A DNA stretch of 64,000 nt from Eledone cirrhosa (GCA_964016885.1 OZ024748.1:56544001-56608000); one strand, 5' to 3'. Positions 14,112 to 30,919 are shown, counted from the first letter of the stretch. The notes: generated by a model from the sequence alone, not told the origin. Made by a program: numbers and translations.

Positions 14112-14853
14112 GTATTATATATGCATATGCTTATACACACACACATATCTATATTATATATATATACACCAACCCAGATATTTATATATTGTATATTATA
14201 TTGTAAAATATATATGTGAGGGGGAACGTGTGTGTTTATAATACGTTTGCTAACATAGTCTCAGCCATGTAATTAATAATAATGTTCGACCCTGGTATAA
14301 AAATACACAGAGTAGTAAAAACCACTGCTTTTGAAAACCAGTATGTCATATTGGATCGACTAGATTTGACTGTTTCAGATTCCTCGAATATCTTCTTACA
14401 TAGTGTCTGAAGGGTGTTCTATTACTTATGATAAATTTAAAGATCGAAGAAAATATATCTTTATTTACATAGATTTTCAGACTCAAAATGATATAAAAAT
14501 TATTTGAAGCAACACCATAGCGATTAAGAATAAATCTTCAATGACTGAAACTCCTTACATATTATGTTATATCGGCACAGACTTATGTGTGTGGTTATAA
14601 ACTACCCATAGATACAGTGTGCTGTCTGGTTCATTCCTACTGCAGGCCAGCTTGGGTAAGTACTTTCTATTAAATAATCGAGTTGACCAAATAGCATCTG
14701 AGTGAGGTTTTCTTGATAGAAATGGCGGCGAAAGAATGTGTATTTTACGTATATATATATATATATGAAATCATTGAGTGAGTGGGAAATGTAGGCGGGC
14801 TAGCATAAACTCAATTTGTCTAGTTCGTAATACTTAGATATCTATCTATCTAT

Positions 14854-15688
14854 CTAAGGCGGGTAAAATTCCCGAGATCCATGGACGAGTTCTCTCCAGC
14901 GGTCTCTGTCCCTCATTATCGCTGCCATGTCCTGCGTCTCCAACAGACCAGTGTCTGTCCTTAGGGCATCAAGATACGTTAACCTTGGTCTTCCACTTCT
15001 AGTGTGTCCATGTAGGGTCTCCCACAGGAGCACTGAGTGCAATGTCAACTCTGGATGTCGGTGAGCATGTCCAGCTAACATCAGTCTCCTCTGTGTCACT
15101 TTTGAGCTGACATTTCGGAGGCTCCCATACAGCTCTGAGTTTTTCATCCTCAGTGTATACTGATTAATGTTCAGAGCCTTGCTCAGCATTCTCGTGTAGC
15201 ACCCATCCACCATCTGAGTGAGTTTCTTTGTCAGTATCCAAGTCTCAGACCCGTACAGCAGCACAGACTCCACTACAGCAATGAAGAGGCGGATTTTCAG
15301 GTCCTTTACGAAGGTCCGACTTCCACACCGATCTCAAGCTGTGGCACGCCGCCCAAGCTTTGTTCTTCCTCTCGACCACATCATCTTCCGTATTCCCAAT
15401 CTTTGCTCCCAAATACAGGAAGACCTCAACCAATTCTCGCGGCTTCCCGCCTACATTAGTAATCTTCTCTAGCCTCTTTATATTCTCCACCAGATATTTT
15501 GTTTTAGTCTCATTCATTCTCAGCCCCACACTCATCGACACAGTCTCAACCTCCCACATCAAATCCTCTGCCTCATTCACTGTATTTGTCACCAAAACTA
15601 TGTCATCGGCAAATTCAGCATCCGATACCTGTTTCGCCTTAACTCTCCTGCTCTGAGCCGGTGCTACAGTAAAGCCAGAGTCTTGATA

Positions 15689-15690
<2 letters not shown>
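14854..15690 (-). mobile_element. RTE-like LINE 3' fragment, copy 2 (frameshifted)
   Basis: EFADD...FLYLG...ESVLLYGSETW...RDRWR; (TAGA)n tail; 5' truncation point abuts (TA)n. Confidence 0.92.
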
Positions 15691-15723
<33 letters not shown>

Positions 15724-15855
15724 CAGGAGGTATGGGATCGACTACCCACGTGTACTGACCCCCCCCCCCTCTATTCTTCGTTCATGCAGCTTATATGCGT
15801 TGCTATTAGACTATTTCATGTAATAAGAAAATAAATATGTTTCAAGCTCTTAATC

Positions 15856-15910
<55 letters not shown>

Positions 15911-15949
15911 CATGTTTATATATACAATAAACGCGCATACAGCACACAT

Positions 15950-15977
<28 letters not shown>

Positions 15978-15980
<3 letters not shown>

Positions 15981-16361
15981 ATTGTTTCTACTTTAGACAC
16001 AAGACCAGCAATTAACCAGTACATTACTGGTACTTTATTTTATCGACCCCCGTAAGGATGAAAGGCAAAGTTAACCTCGGTGGGATTTGAACTCAGACTG
16101 TAAAGGGACGTAACTATGTTAGAAAGCATGGCGTCCAACCCTCTACCGATACTGCCAATTCACCGCCCTTCATTATATATCGGTGGATTGGCAGTATCAG
16201 TAGAGGGTCGGACGCCATGCTTTCCAGCATAGTTACGTCCCTTTACGATCTGAGTTCAAATCCCGCCGAGGTTAACTTTGCCTTTCATCCTTACGGGGTC
16301 GATAAAATAAAGTACCAGTAATGCACTGGGTAATTGCTGGCCTTGTGCCTAAAGTAAAAAC

Positions 16362-16366
<5 letters not shown>
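15978..16366. mobile_element. Two full SINE S1 copies head-to-head: 15978-16170 (-) and 16181-16366 (+)
   Basis: Both match the S1 consensus, separated by about 10 bp. Confidence 0.92.
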
Positions 16367-16414
<48 letters not shown>

Positions 16415-16453
16415 GAAAGAAATAGAGGGATATGTACATGTATTTGTGTGTGT

Positions 16454-16490
<37 letters not shown>

Positions 16491-17341
16491 GGTGTACTTT
16501 TTTATGTCCTGTACTGGAATCGACATGATCGACTAAATCTTTTTAATGTAGTGCACCAGTATTACTGCAATCTAATGACTGAAACTATTAAAAAAATAAA
16601 ATACCATAGATAAAACTGAAAATACATAAATATGTGTGCGTGCGTGTTAAGATCATGAGGTATTTCTCAGAAATTCTAACATGATTGTACTTTTGTTTCT
16701 TTCTCGTTCATTTCTAGATATTTTTTATACATTCATTTGATTTTTTTAATATCCATCATATGATGCGTCTTGAATCCCACTCTAGATATTGTGAATAATG
16801 AAGGTAATGATGAAGATTTTAAGGATGAGAAATAATCGCACGCTGATAATTTTTCAGCATACTATTATTGTTCCGGCTTCTGTTCTGCTTGATGATGATG
16901 ATGATGATGATGATGATAAGAATAATGATAATAATGGTAATCCGCGTCATCGTTGTCGCCGTTCAGAGCATCATTATTTCCAATATCTACAACCATCACC
17001 TCACCAAAAGCACACCACCTGTGAAATATTTAGATGGCGAAAGTCATAAATGTGTGAAGGTAGTGTGTTGTACACAAATGCATTCGTGCGTTTGAGCGTC
17101 TGTCTGTATGTGTGCGCGCGTGTGTGTGTGAGTGTGAGTGTGTGAGTGTGGGTGTGTGCGAATGAGATTTACTTTCTCGTTCATCACGATCATCTAATTG
17201 ATTGCGTAACGTGTAAAATACATCGACTAAATAAATAATGCAGTCATTCTCTACACTAAATACTTAATACTTTTTTTATTTCTCATTATAAAACGACACA
17301 CGAACACATACACACACACACACACATATATCTCTATCTAT

Positions 17342-18346
17342 CTAAGGCGGGTAAAATTCCCGAGATCCATGAACGAGTTCTCTCCAGCGGTCTCTGTCCC
17401 TCATTATCGCTGCCATATCCTGCATCTCCAACAGACCAGTGTCTGTCCTTAGGGCATCAACATATGTTAACCTTGGTCTTCCTCTTCTAGTGTGTCCATG
17501 TAGGGGCTCCCAAAGGAGCACTGAGTGTAATGTCAACTCTGGATGTCGGTGAGCATGTCCAGCCAACCTCAGTCTCCTCTGTGTCACTTTTGAGCTGACT
17601 TTTGGGATGCTCCCATACAGCTCTGAGTTTTTCATCCTCAGTGTATACTGATTAATGTTCAGAGCCATCCTCAGCATTCTCGTGTAGCACCCATCCACCA
17701 TCTGAGTGAGTCTCTTGGTCAGTGTCCAAGTCTCAGACCCATACAGCAGCACAGACTCCACTACGGCGGATTTTCAGGTCTCTACGAAGGTCCGACTTCC
17801 ACACCGATCTCAAGCTGTGACACGCCGCCCAGGCCTTGCTCTTCCTCCCAACCACATCATCTTCCGTATTCCCAATCTTTGCTCCCAAATACAAGAAGTC
17901 CTCAACCAATTCCAGCGGCTTCCCGCCTACATTAGTGATCCCCTCTGGCTTCTCAACATTCTCCACCAGATATTTTGTTTTAGTCTCATTCATTCTCAGC
18001 CCCTCACTCATCGACACAGTCTCAACCTACTGCATCAAATCCTCTGCCTCCTTCACTGTATTTGTCACCAAAAAAATGTCGTCGGCAAATTCAGCATCCG
18101 ATACCTTTTTCGCCCCAACTCTCCTGCTCTGAGCCGGTGCTACAGTAAAGCCAGTGTCCTGGTATTTCTCCAGTGCAAGGCGCATACAATAGTCCACTAC
18201 GATGATAAAAAGGTAGGGAGCCAATGTATCTCCCTGGAGCACTCCAGCCAGTATCTCAAAGAACTCTGTCATCCCATCAGGTGTAATGACTTGGGCTTTG
18301 GTGTTGGTGTAGAGCAGTGATATCAGGTCCACTATCCTCTTGGGAC
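17342..18346 (-). mobile_element. RTE-like LINE 3' fragment, copy 3 (longest, ~1 kb; disrupted)
   Basis: RT motifs [13 protein letters not shown] and EFADD, then FLYLG and the C-terminus ending YPP*; internal stop and a short deletion relative to copy 2. Confidence 0.93.
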
Positions 18347-22232
<3,886 letters not shown>

Positions 22233-22673
22233 CGCCGTGAGCGTTATATTATCTGCATGATGTGGAAAATGTTCCATCATCACTGCCCAAATGATGTTGG
22301 CATCGCCTTCAAGATACACCCAAGGCTTGGGCCCCGTGCTATCCGTCCCATTCAAAAATCTAAATCGCAACTCATAACAACAATACGGCACAATTATTTC
22401 ACCTCAATCGGCCCTGCTCTCTTCAACATCACACCAGGACACGTCAAAACAGAAACTGACCACACAAAATTCAAGAAGTCTTTGGACAAATTCCTCCAAG
22501 TAATCCCGGACAAACCACCCACACCCGGATATGTCTCCGCAAACAGTAATTCTCTTCTCGAATGGGCCATGGTGCCCAAACCTGAATTGAAAGACTTCGC
22601 CAGGTGGTGCTATTAAGTTAGACATGGCCTGGGCCAATACTGGCCAAAACATTTCAAAGTTATTCAAAGTTAT
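22233..22673 (+). mobile_element. CR1/L2-group non-LTR retrotransposon 3' end (RT C-terminus plus short 3' UTR)
   Basis: Open frame [12 protein letters not shown]...[12 protein letters not shown]...[19 protein letters not shown]...SNSL*; ends in ttcaaagtta x2; embedded in (TA)n arrays. The clade call is from motif memory. Confidence 0.8.
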
Positions 22674-23117
22674 ACATATATATATATACATATATATATA
22701 TACATATATACATATATATACATATATATATATATACATATATACATATATATATATATACATATATACATATATATATATATACATATATACATATATA
22801 TATATACATATATACATATATATATATACATATATACATATATATATATACATATATACATATATATATATATACATATATACATATATATATATATACA
22901 TATATACATATATACATATATATACATATACATATATACATATATATATATATACATATATACATATATACATATATATATATATACATATATATATATA
23001 CATACATATATACATATATACATATATACATATATACATATATACATATATACATATATACATATATACATATATACATATATATACATATATATATACA
23101 TATATACATATATATAC

Positions 23118-23168
<51 letters not shown>

Positions 23169-23171
23169 CAC

Positions 23172-23250
<79 letters not shown>

Positions 23251-23275
23251 CATATATATATACATATATACATAT

Positions 23276-23346
<71 letters not shown>

Positions 23347-23383
23347 CATATATATATACATATATACATATATACATATATAC

Positions 23384-23416
<33 letters not shown>

Positions 23417-23504
23417 CACATCTATATATATATACACATCTATATATATATACATATATATATATATACATATATACATATATATATATATACATATATA
23501 TACA

Positions 23505-23538
<34 letters not shown>

Positions 23539-23549
23539 CATATATATAC

Positions 23550-23582
<33 letters not shown>

Positions 23583-23591
23583 CATATATAC

Positions 23592-23638
<47 letters not shown>

Positions 23639-23649
23639 CATATATATAC

Positions 23650-23682
<33 letters not shown>

Positions 23683-23747
23683 CATATATATACATATATA
23701 TATATATATACATATATATATACATATATATATATATACATATATAC

Positions 23748-23794
<47 letters not shown>

Positions 23795-23805
23795 CATATA
23801 TATAC

Positions 23806-23858
<53 letters not shown>

Positions 23859-23860
23859 CA
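22674..23860. repeat. ~1.2-kb (TA)nCA microsatellite array
   Basis: Directly visible. Confidence 0.98.
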
Positions 23861-24369
23861 TAAAAAATAAAAAATAAAAAATAAAAAATAAAAAATAAAA
23901 AAATAAAATCAAGCAAAAGATAGTGAATATGAGGAATATACTAATACTAATAAGGATACGGATCTTAGATGTTATCACTCACAGTTGGGTAGGGTTATAT
24001 GATTGCCTGTCATAATATAACCCTACCCAACTGTGAGTGATAACATCTAAGATCCGTATCCTTATTAGTATTAGTATATTCCTCATATTCACTATCTTTT
24101 GCTTGATTTTATTTTTTATTTTTTATTTTTTATTTTTTTATTTTTTTTTTTATCCTTTATTCGTTACTCCTTATCTTGTACATGAACAATACTTTAAATT
24201 CCTCCCACCTTATGATATCCCCACATTATATTCTTCTGTTTGGGATTTGTTAATGCTTCTATACTCTGTATCTACTCTTTAAGCTCTGAAGAGTCCCACT
24301 TTTAGTGTGGACGAAACATTGTCAGCAATTAAAGATATAACTATGTTCTAAGCGCTCTTTGTTGTTAAT

Positions 24370-24374
<5 letters not shown>
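23861..24374 (+). mobile_element. Young PLE-like terminal fragment: perfect ~140-bp inverted repeat plus 3' extension with HHR
   Basis: 23861-24000 is the reverse complement of 24015-~24150 (14-nt spacer); HHR at 24283-24326; (TA)n on both sides. Confidence 0.85.
24283..24326 (+). ncRNA. Minimal type I HHR, canonical core
   Basis: GCT CTGAAGA GTCC-cacttttagtgt-GGAC GAAAC att GTC AGC, followed by AATTAAA. Confidence 0.85.
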
Positions 24375-24416
<42 letters not shown>

Positions 24417-24417
24417 G

Positions 24418-24612
24418 GTATAAAAAAACGAAAAATCATTGATGCATCTGGACTCATTTTATTGCGTGATACAATTGTTTCGCCGGCAGGTAGCTCGAGA
24501 CATGATCACTGCAAGGATCTGGCTGATTCTACGGCTGCAGGTTCCTTCGGACACTGGTAGTTCTTTCGGAGTAAATTTTCTCAATAAACTGAGTCCAGAT
24601 TCATCACTGATT
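24418..24612 (-). mobile_element. Fold-back element with extended-stem-II HHR motif (24466-24554, minus strand)
   Basis: Arms 24440-24464 and 24582-24606. Minus strand GTGT CCGAAGG [62 nt] GAAAC AATT GTA TCAC gc AATAAA. Confidence 0.7.
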
Positions 24613-25272
24613 TATATATATATATATATATATATATTAATTCAAATATTAACAAAATAGATATTCTTGTTATTTTATTATACATATTTATTATACATAT
24701 TTCAGAGGTACTGAATTAAGTTTAACAGTACGTTCTCATTAGATAAAATAAAAAGATACATGACTTACCCTGATATGCTAGATGGTTAAAATTTAGTCAA
24801 GGTAGTAATTGACTTATGAGAAAACTTAATATGTATACCCTAATATTGAGAACATGAGAAAACGTAATAGGATCAATAGAGAGAGTGTGGTTAAGAAGAA
24901 CGTTGCCCTAATGCAACAGTTATAGAATTTGAAATACTACTATAGAACTATGCGGTAGGGGAAAGTATAGAGGAAGACGTATCTGAAGTTATAACTTATT
25001 TAGTATTTAGCTTGAGAAGACAAATGATAGATAATTAAAGAGAGGGAGAGACAAATGGGAGTAATTTATGCTCAAATTTCTTTAGACACACATAAACACA
25101 TAGCTTTGGCGGTTAAATTTCAAAATATTTGTTAATATTTGAATTAATATTAATACTCTGGAAAATAACCCTATTGTAGAGTGCTTCCAATCTACTGTAA
25201 AACTCATTCTTTGATGTACTCATTGAATCTTGTTTCTGAGTGTGTCAGTATGTGTCTGTTGGTATATATACA

Positions 25273-25315
<43 letters not shown>

Positions 25316-25856
25316 ACATATATGTATATATGTGTGTGTGCCTATGCCTGTCCAATGATAGGATGTGTAGGAAAGTTAATAAAAAATATGTAGCTCAATA
25401 GATAGATAAATCTATATGGTCATATTACATTTGTCAACAATAGAGGCTTTGGTAGATAAAGAAAGTATTGTGTACAATATCGATCACTTTGTGTATACTG
25501 TCCTTTTGTGGTTTCGGGCTCTCAACCCAGTTAGATTAATCGACTTGAAAACTTTTCTCTTTACTATTTTGTCGATTTACCTAATAGATCGTAGAAGGCT
25601 ATGTAGTGGCTATCCCAAAGAATGGTGTGTGCTGGGAAGCAGTTAAAGTGTTTGCGGTCGAAGAGTCTTCTCATGGTAAATCTTAATTTTGATAGCTAAA
25701 CAACACATCACGTGAACATGAAGAATGTTGTAAAGAAAGGTTTGCTACCATCCAGTGTAGTTATAATGCGTAGAAGAATTTGGTAATATCGGTGTAGACA
25801 CAGATAGTCACACACACGCACATACATAAACACGTATTCTCTATCTCTAACACAAT

Positions 25857-25881
<25 letters not shown>

Positions 25882-25888
<7 letters not shown>

Positions 25889-26196
25889 ATGAAATCGAAA
25901 ATGCAACTGGAGTCTTATTTTTAAAATATATATATATTTATTTGGTTCCTTTACCGGTTTCACAGTCCTTCTGCTTTTCAAAAGTAGAGTTGAGATGGAG
26001 GGTCTGTGGTTTTTCTCACATCTTTTGAAAAGCAGAAGAACTGCGAAACCGGTAAAGGAACCAAATAAATATATATATATTTTTTTAATAAGACTCCAGT
26101 TGCATTTTCGATTTCATCATTTTTTCTTTGTACTTTCACTCGTGTAGGACACTTCGGTTATTTTTCATTTTGTAAAAAAAACCTCACTTTCTATTA
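25882..26196 (+). mobile_element. Asymmetric fold-back element (~103-bp arms plus ~70-nt tail) with a U3-A8 variant HHR in each arm
   Basis: 25882-25984 is an inverted match to 26022-26125. HHR 26022-26057: CTT TTGAAAA GCAG-aagaa-CTGC GAAAC CG GTA AAG. Confidence 0.85.
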
Positions 26197-26223
26197 ATAT
26201 ATATATATATATATATATAATAT

Positions 26224-26436
26224 ATATAAGATCAAAAGATGGTTAAAAGAGTTCCATGTATTTTATTATGCGCATTTCAAAAACAAATATCATCATGCAA
26301 TAACATTTGTGTTTTCATCAGATAAAATAGGAAGACATGATATGAAGGTTAAAGAACACTTGTGGATAGTGCAGTTTTAAATCAACATATCATATAAAAT
26401 ACATGGAACTCTATTAACCATCTTTTGATCTTATAT
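26224..26436 (-). mobile_element. Fold-back element (~40-bp arms) with intact type I HHR at 26262-26326 (minus strand)
   Basis: Minus strand TTTAT CTGATGA AAACACAAATG...TATTTGTTTTT GAAAT GCGC ATA ATAAA; 5-bp stem I; palindromic ATGCGCAT. Confidence 0.85.
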
Positions 26437-26526
26437 ATATTATGTATACACCAGTCCTACAAACTGTAGAGTGCTTCTTATCCGATATCTGCATTGCTTT
26501 ATTATACTACAATAAAACTCACCTCC

Positions 26527-26565
<39 letters not shown>

Positions 26566-26684
26566 CCATATATATATATAAATCCAAGGAGTGTAACGTG
26601 AAGTTACTGGAGGTTCACCCAGGTGAGCACTCGATGTTTAGGTTCACGTCAGTATCGAAGTATAGAGCTAGATAGACTGTAATA

Positions 26685-26988
26685 TAATAATGGTTTCTAC
26701 TTTTGGCACAAGGCCAGCAATTACCCAGTACATTACTGGTACTTTATGTCATCGACCCCCTAAGGATGAAAGGCAAAGTTAAATTCGGCGGGATTTGAAC
26801 TCAGAATGGCCAGGGCCGTAACTCTATGCGTCAAAGCATGGCGTCCGACACTCTACCGATACTGCCAATCTACCGAAATTAAATATAATTGTTTCTACTT
26901 TTAGCAAAAGGCCAGCAATTATCCCAATGTATTACTGGTACTATATTTTATCGACCCCGTAAGGATGAAAGGCAAAGTTAACCTCGGC
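26685..26988 (-). mobile_element. Two SINE S1 copies (full 26685-26875; 5'-truncated 26885-26988) nested in family D
   Basis: Match to the S1 consensus. Confidence 0.9.
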
Positions 26989-27364
26989 ATATAATAATAC
27001 AAGGACGATTGGTTAAGCCTTCATTACGTTTATTGATTGGTGACCCGCATTTCACTATTGATCAGCGCAAGGTTCGATCTGTATTGATCGGGCCCGACTC
27101 TGGAATCAAAAAGCTTGTCGAATCTCTGCTGTTGTAATGACAGAGTGAACACATATGCCATATAAGGTTTCACGTTCATATGGTTGTCAAACTTTAGACA
27201 TCTATATGCCATATATGTTCATTCCGTCAGTACAACAGCAGAGGTCCGACGAGCTTTTGATTCAGAGTCGGGTCATATCGATACAAATAGAACTTTGAGC
27301 TGAGCAATAGCGAAACGGATGTCACCAATTAATAAACGTAATGAAGGCTTCAAATATCGTCCTT

Positions 27365-27663
27365 GTGGTATTACACTCTGTCTAGTAGTATTACACTCTG
27401 TCTAGTGGTATTACACTCTGTCTAGTGGTATTACATTCTGTCTAGTGGTATTACACTCTGTCTAGTGGTATTACACTCTGTCTAGTGGTATTACACTCTG
27501 TCTAGTGGTATTACACTCTGTCTAGTGGTATTACACTCTGTCTAGTGGTATTACACTCTGTCTAGTGGTATTACATTCTGTCTAGTGGTATTACACTCTG
27601 TCTAGTGGTATTACACACTGTCTAGTGGTATTACACTGTCTAGTGGTATTACACTCTGTCTAG
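27365..27663. repeat. 20-bp minisatellite (gtggtattacactctgtcta), about 15 copies
   Basis: Period 20 is visible, with a few substitutions and one 2-bp deletion. Confidence 0.97.
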
Positions 27664-27762
27664 ATCTCCACCTCGTTACTGATGTGAACCTAAACATCGA
27701 GTGCTCACCTACAATAACTTCCCGTTACACTCTCTGGTCATATATATATATATATATATATA

Positions 27763-27822
27763 TTAAAATAACAGATTTAAATATAAGCAAACAATTGCTG
27801 CTTTCGCCTTGAACGGGATCTT
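27763..27822. mobile_element. Family A short-arm fragment
   Basis: Matches 2551-2610 and 52786-52845. Confidence 0.65.
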
Positions 27823-28250
27823 ATATAAATATATATCTCTATATATCATATATATATATCTATATGTATATATATATATATATATATATCTATATGTATA
27901 TATATATATATATCATATATATATATCTATATGTATATATATATATATATCATATATATATATCATATATATAATATATATATCATATATATAATATATA
28001 TATCATATATATATATCTATATCATATATATATATATATATCATATATATATATATATATATATCATATATATATATCTATATCATATATATATATCTAT
28101 ATCATATATATATCATATATATAATATAGATATCTATATCATATATATATATCATATATATAATATATATATCATATATATATATATCTATATCATATAT
28201 ATATATCTATATCATATATATATAATATATATATATAATATAAATATTTT

Positions 28251-28550
28251 CTAAGGCGGGTAAAATTCCCGAGATCCATGGACGAGTTCTCTCCAGCGGT
28301 CTCTGTCCCTCATTATCGCTGCCATGTCCTGCGTCTCCAACAGACCAGTGTCTGTCCTTAGGGCATCAAGATACGTTAACCTTGGTCTTCCTCTTCTAGT
28401 GTATCCATGTAGCGGCTCCCAAAGGAGCACTGAGTGCAATGTCAACTCTGGATGTCGGTGAGCATGTCCAGCCAACCTCAGTCTCCTCAGATGGTGGATG
28501 GGTGCTACACGAGAATGCTGAGGATGGCTCTGAACATTAATCAGTATACA
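28251..28550 (-). mobile_element. RTE-like LINE 3' fragment, copy 4, with 5' inversion (28486-28550 inverted)
   Basis: 28251-28488 is colinear with copy 3; 28486-28550 is the reverse complement of copy 3 positions ~17642-17706. Confidence 0.9.
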
Positions 28551-28606
28551 TATATATATAGATAATATATATATATAAATATATACATGTGTGTGTGTGT
28601 GTGTAT

Positions 28607-28828
28607 GTAAAATGTAACCAGAAATAACAAAACAATCCAATCGGTACAGTATATGGAAGTTATATATTAGGTTAACGCTTGATATAGCAGGAACAGAGTC
28701 ATAACGTTTCGGTCGCTAGTCCTTCATCAGAAAAAAGAATGCGAAATAAAATAGATTAAGGGGACGGGCGGTATGGAATTGCCAAAAAATGTCTTTAGAT
28801 AAAAATAATAGGTCCAACATGTTGACAT
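28607..28828 (-). mobile_element. Family B copy with HHR motif at ~28698-28735 (minus strand)
   Basis: Homologous to 3953-4172; CTGATGA AGGAC-TAGC-GACC GAAAC GTTA. Confidence 0.7.
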
Positions 28829-29573
28829 CTCTTGCAATTTATACAGCCAATTGGAAAATGTATTCGACGAACCACCGCCCTACACCACCTCATTGAATCA
28901 ACACCTAAAATGATGAAAAGAGGTAAGTACAGAACTATCTTTAATTATGACATCTTGTTTACATAGGAGTAATGTTTCTCTCTTTAAATTCTAAAAACCA
29001 GGAACTTCCAATAATTTATTTAAATTTTTGTTAATTTTAATTTTTTACATCTTCATAAATATATTCTGCTCCACCAGCTTTACCAGCTTCATAATCAATG
29101 TATAGAACACCATCAACATTTGTATATTATTTTCACTGCCATGGTTTCACGCCTGAATAAAACAAAGTGTGGGCTTATCTATGTATTAAGCAGTATAACT
29201 ATAATTAGCTAGCAAATATTACTTAAATCGCATCCTACGCACCTATAAAAAAGGGGCCTTATTGAATGAAATGTTCTTAAGTATGGCATATTTCTACCTT
29301 TTCACCTCATCATCATTATCAATACAATAATCATCGTCAACAACATCATCATAAAGCCTGTTATCATCAGCAGCAACATCATGAAAATCAACAGCATCAT
29401 CATCATTCTAATCAGCTTTGTGAAGAAAATGATCACAATTGTCATGAGGATGATATCGATCATGATATTTATCATGATGACGGTATTAATGGTCAGGATA
29501 TTGATAACTGTTGTTTTGAGAATAATTGGTCGATTGCAACATGAAATTGTATGTATGTATGTATGTATGTATG

Positions 29574-29606
<33 letters not shown>

Positions 29607-30799
29607 GACATCCTGCGACATCCACCATTACAACATCCACCAATTTCTTTTTAACCTTACATTTTGTTTTAAATTATTTTGTCGTCAATTATAAAATTTG
29701 TAGAAATTCGTCGAAAAAACAAAAATGTATACAAATTTCATACTCGACAACCCAATATTTCAATTTTATTTTTATTTTTGTAGCTTTTAAAATCCTCTCT
29801 TTTCCCACCCTGCTCTTCTTCCTTTCTTCCTTGTCTTTCTCCTCGTATGTACATTTCTCCATTTTCCTCTTCTTTGTAATATCATTATTATTATTATTAT
29901 TATTATTGCAGTTATTGTTGTTGTCGTTTTAAATAAAGTTTCTTCCGTCTTTTCCTATATTTTACCTCCGTTCTAACTACTTCCTTTCTCATACACCCCA
30001 ACCTAAAATGTCTTCTGTCTTATTTTATTTTATGTTATTTTCATTTGTATCCCTTTTTCCGCCATCTTAGTTCTTTTAAATCTTTAACCAACCAAATGTT
30101 GTTATATTTCACCTTTTTCCTTTTACTCTACCTCCCCCTTCCTTCTATTAAATTTTAATTTTTGCTGAAATCTTTTGTATTATTTGTTTATGGTGTTTAC
30201 AAAATGTTTTCTTTTTCTATTCTTTATTTTGGTTTCTTTATAAATATTTTTTTAATTATTTTTTTCTTCTTTTCTTCTTGCTTATTTCTTTTTCTTTTTC
30301 AGTTTAGAGAAAGAGAAGGCGGAGAAGAGGAATGAAAGGAAAGAAAAGTGAAACAGTAGGAGAAGGAAGAGACCAAGGGAAAGAGGAAAGGAGGAATAGT
30401 AAGCTGTAAGGAAGTAAATGAAATAAAAATGAAATGGTTTTTCAAAGCACTCCTCAATTCTCAATATCATCGTAATCGTTGTTTCCTTCTACTTTGTTTC
30501 TTTTTTCTTCTTTTTTTCTTCGTCTTTTTCTTCTTCTCATCCTCCTTCTTCTGTTGGTTCTTTTTCTTCTTTATATCCGTCGCCGTCACCATCATCACGA
30601 TCATAGTCATCATCATTTCTTACTTCAGTTCAATTTTACAATATTGTCGCATTTCCTTATGAAAGGTGACACCGACATTATTATTATTATCATCATTACA
30701 AATATCACCATCGTTACCATCCTCCTCATCATCATCATCACCAACATTCTCCACCCAACAAAATTGCAAGCCTTATGCATAAATCGGAAGCCATTACTA

Positions 30800-30919
30800 T
30801 CAAAATCCCGCCAAGTTCAACTTTGCCTTTCATCCATACGGGGTCGATAAAATAAAGTACCAGTAATGAACTGGGATAATTTCTGGCCTTGTACCAAAAG
30901 TAGAAAGAATTAATATTAT
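30800..30919 (+). mobile_element. SINE S1 partial copy
   Basis: Central block and tail match. Confidence 0.8.

Larger units (their letters stand above)
26584..27740. mobile_element. Family D large fold-back element; left arm interrupted by two SINEs, right arm by a minisatellite
   Basis: 26587-26685 plus 26995-27155 is an inverted match to 27212-27385 plus 27660-27735. Extended HHR motifs at 27243-27326 (+) and 27039-27125 (-). Confidence 0.85.

Noticed and set aside
27365-27663. CRISPR-like regular repeat
   Set aside because: Head-to-tail 20-bp units with no unique spacers, no cas genes and a eukaryotic context.
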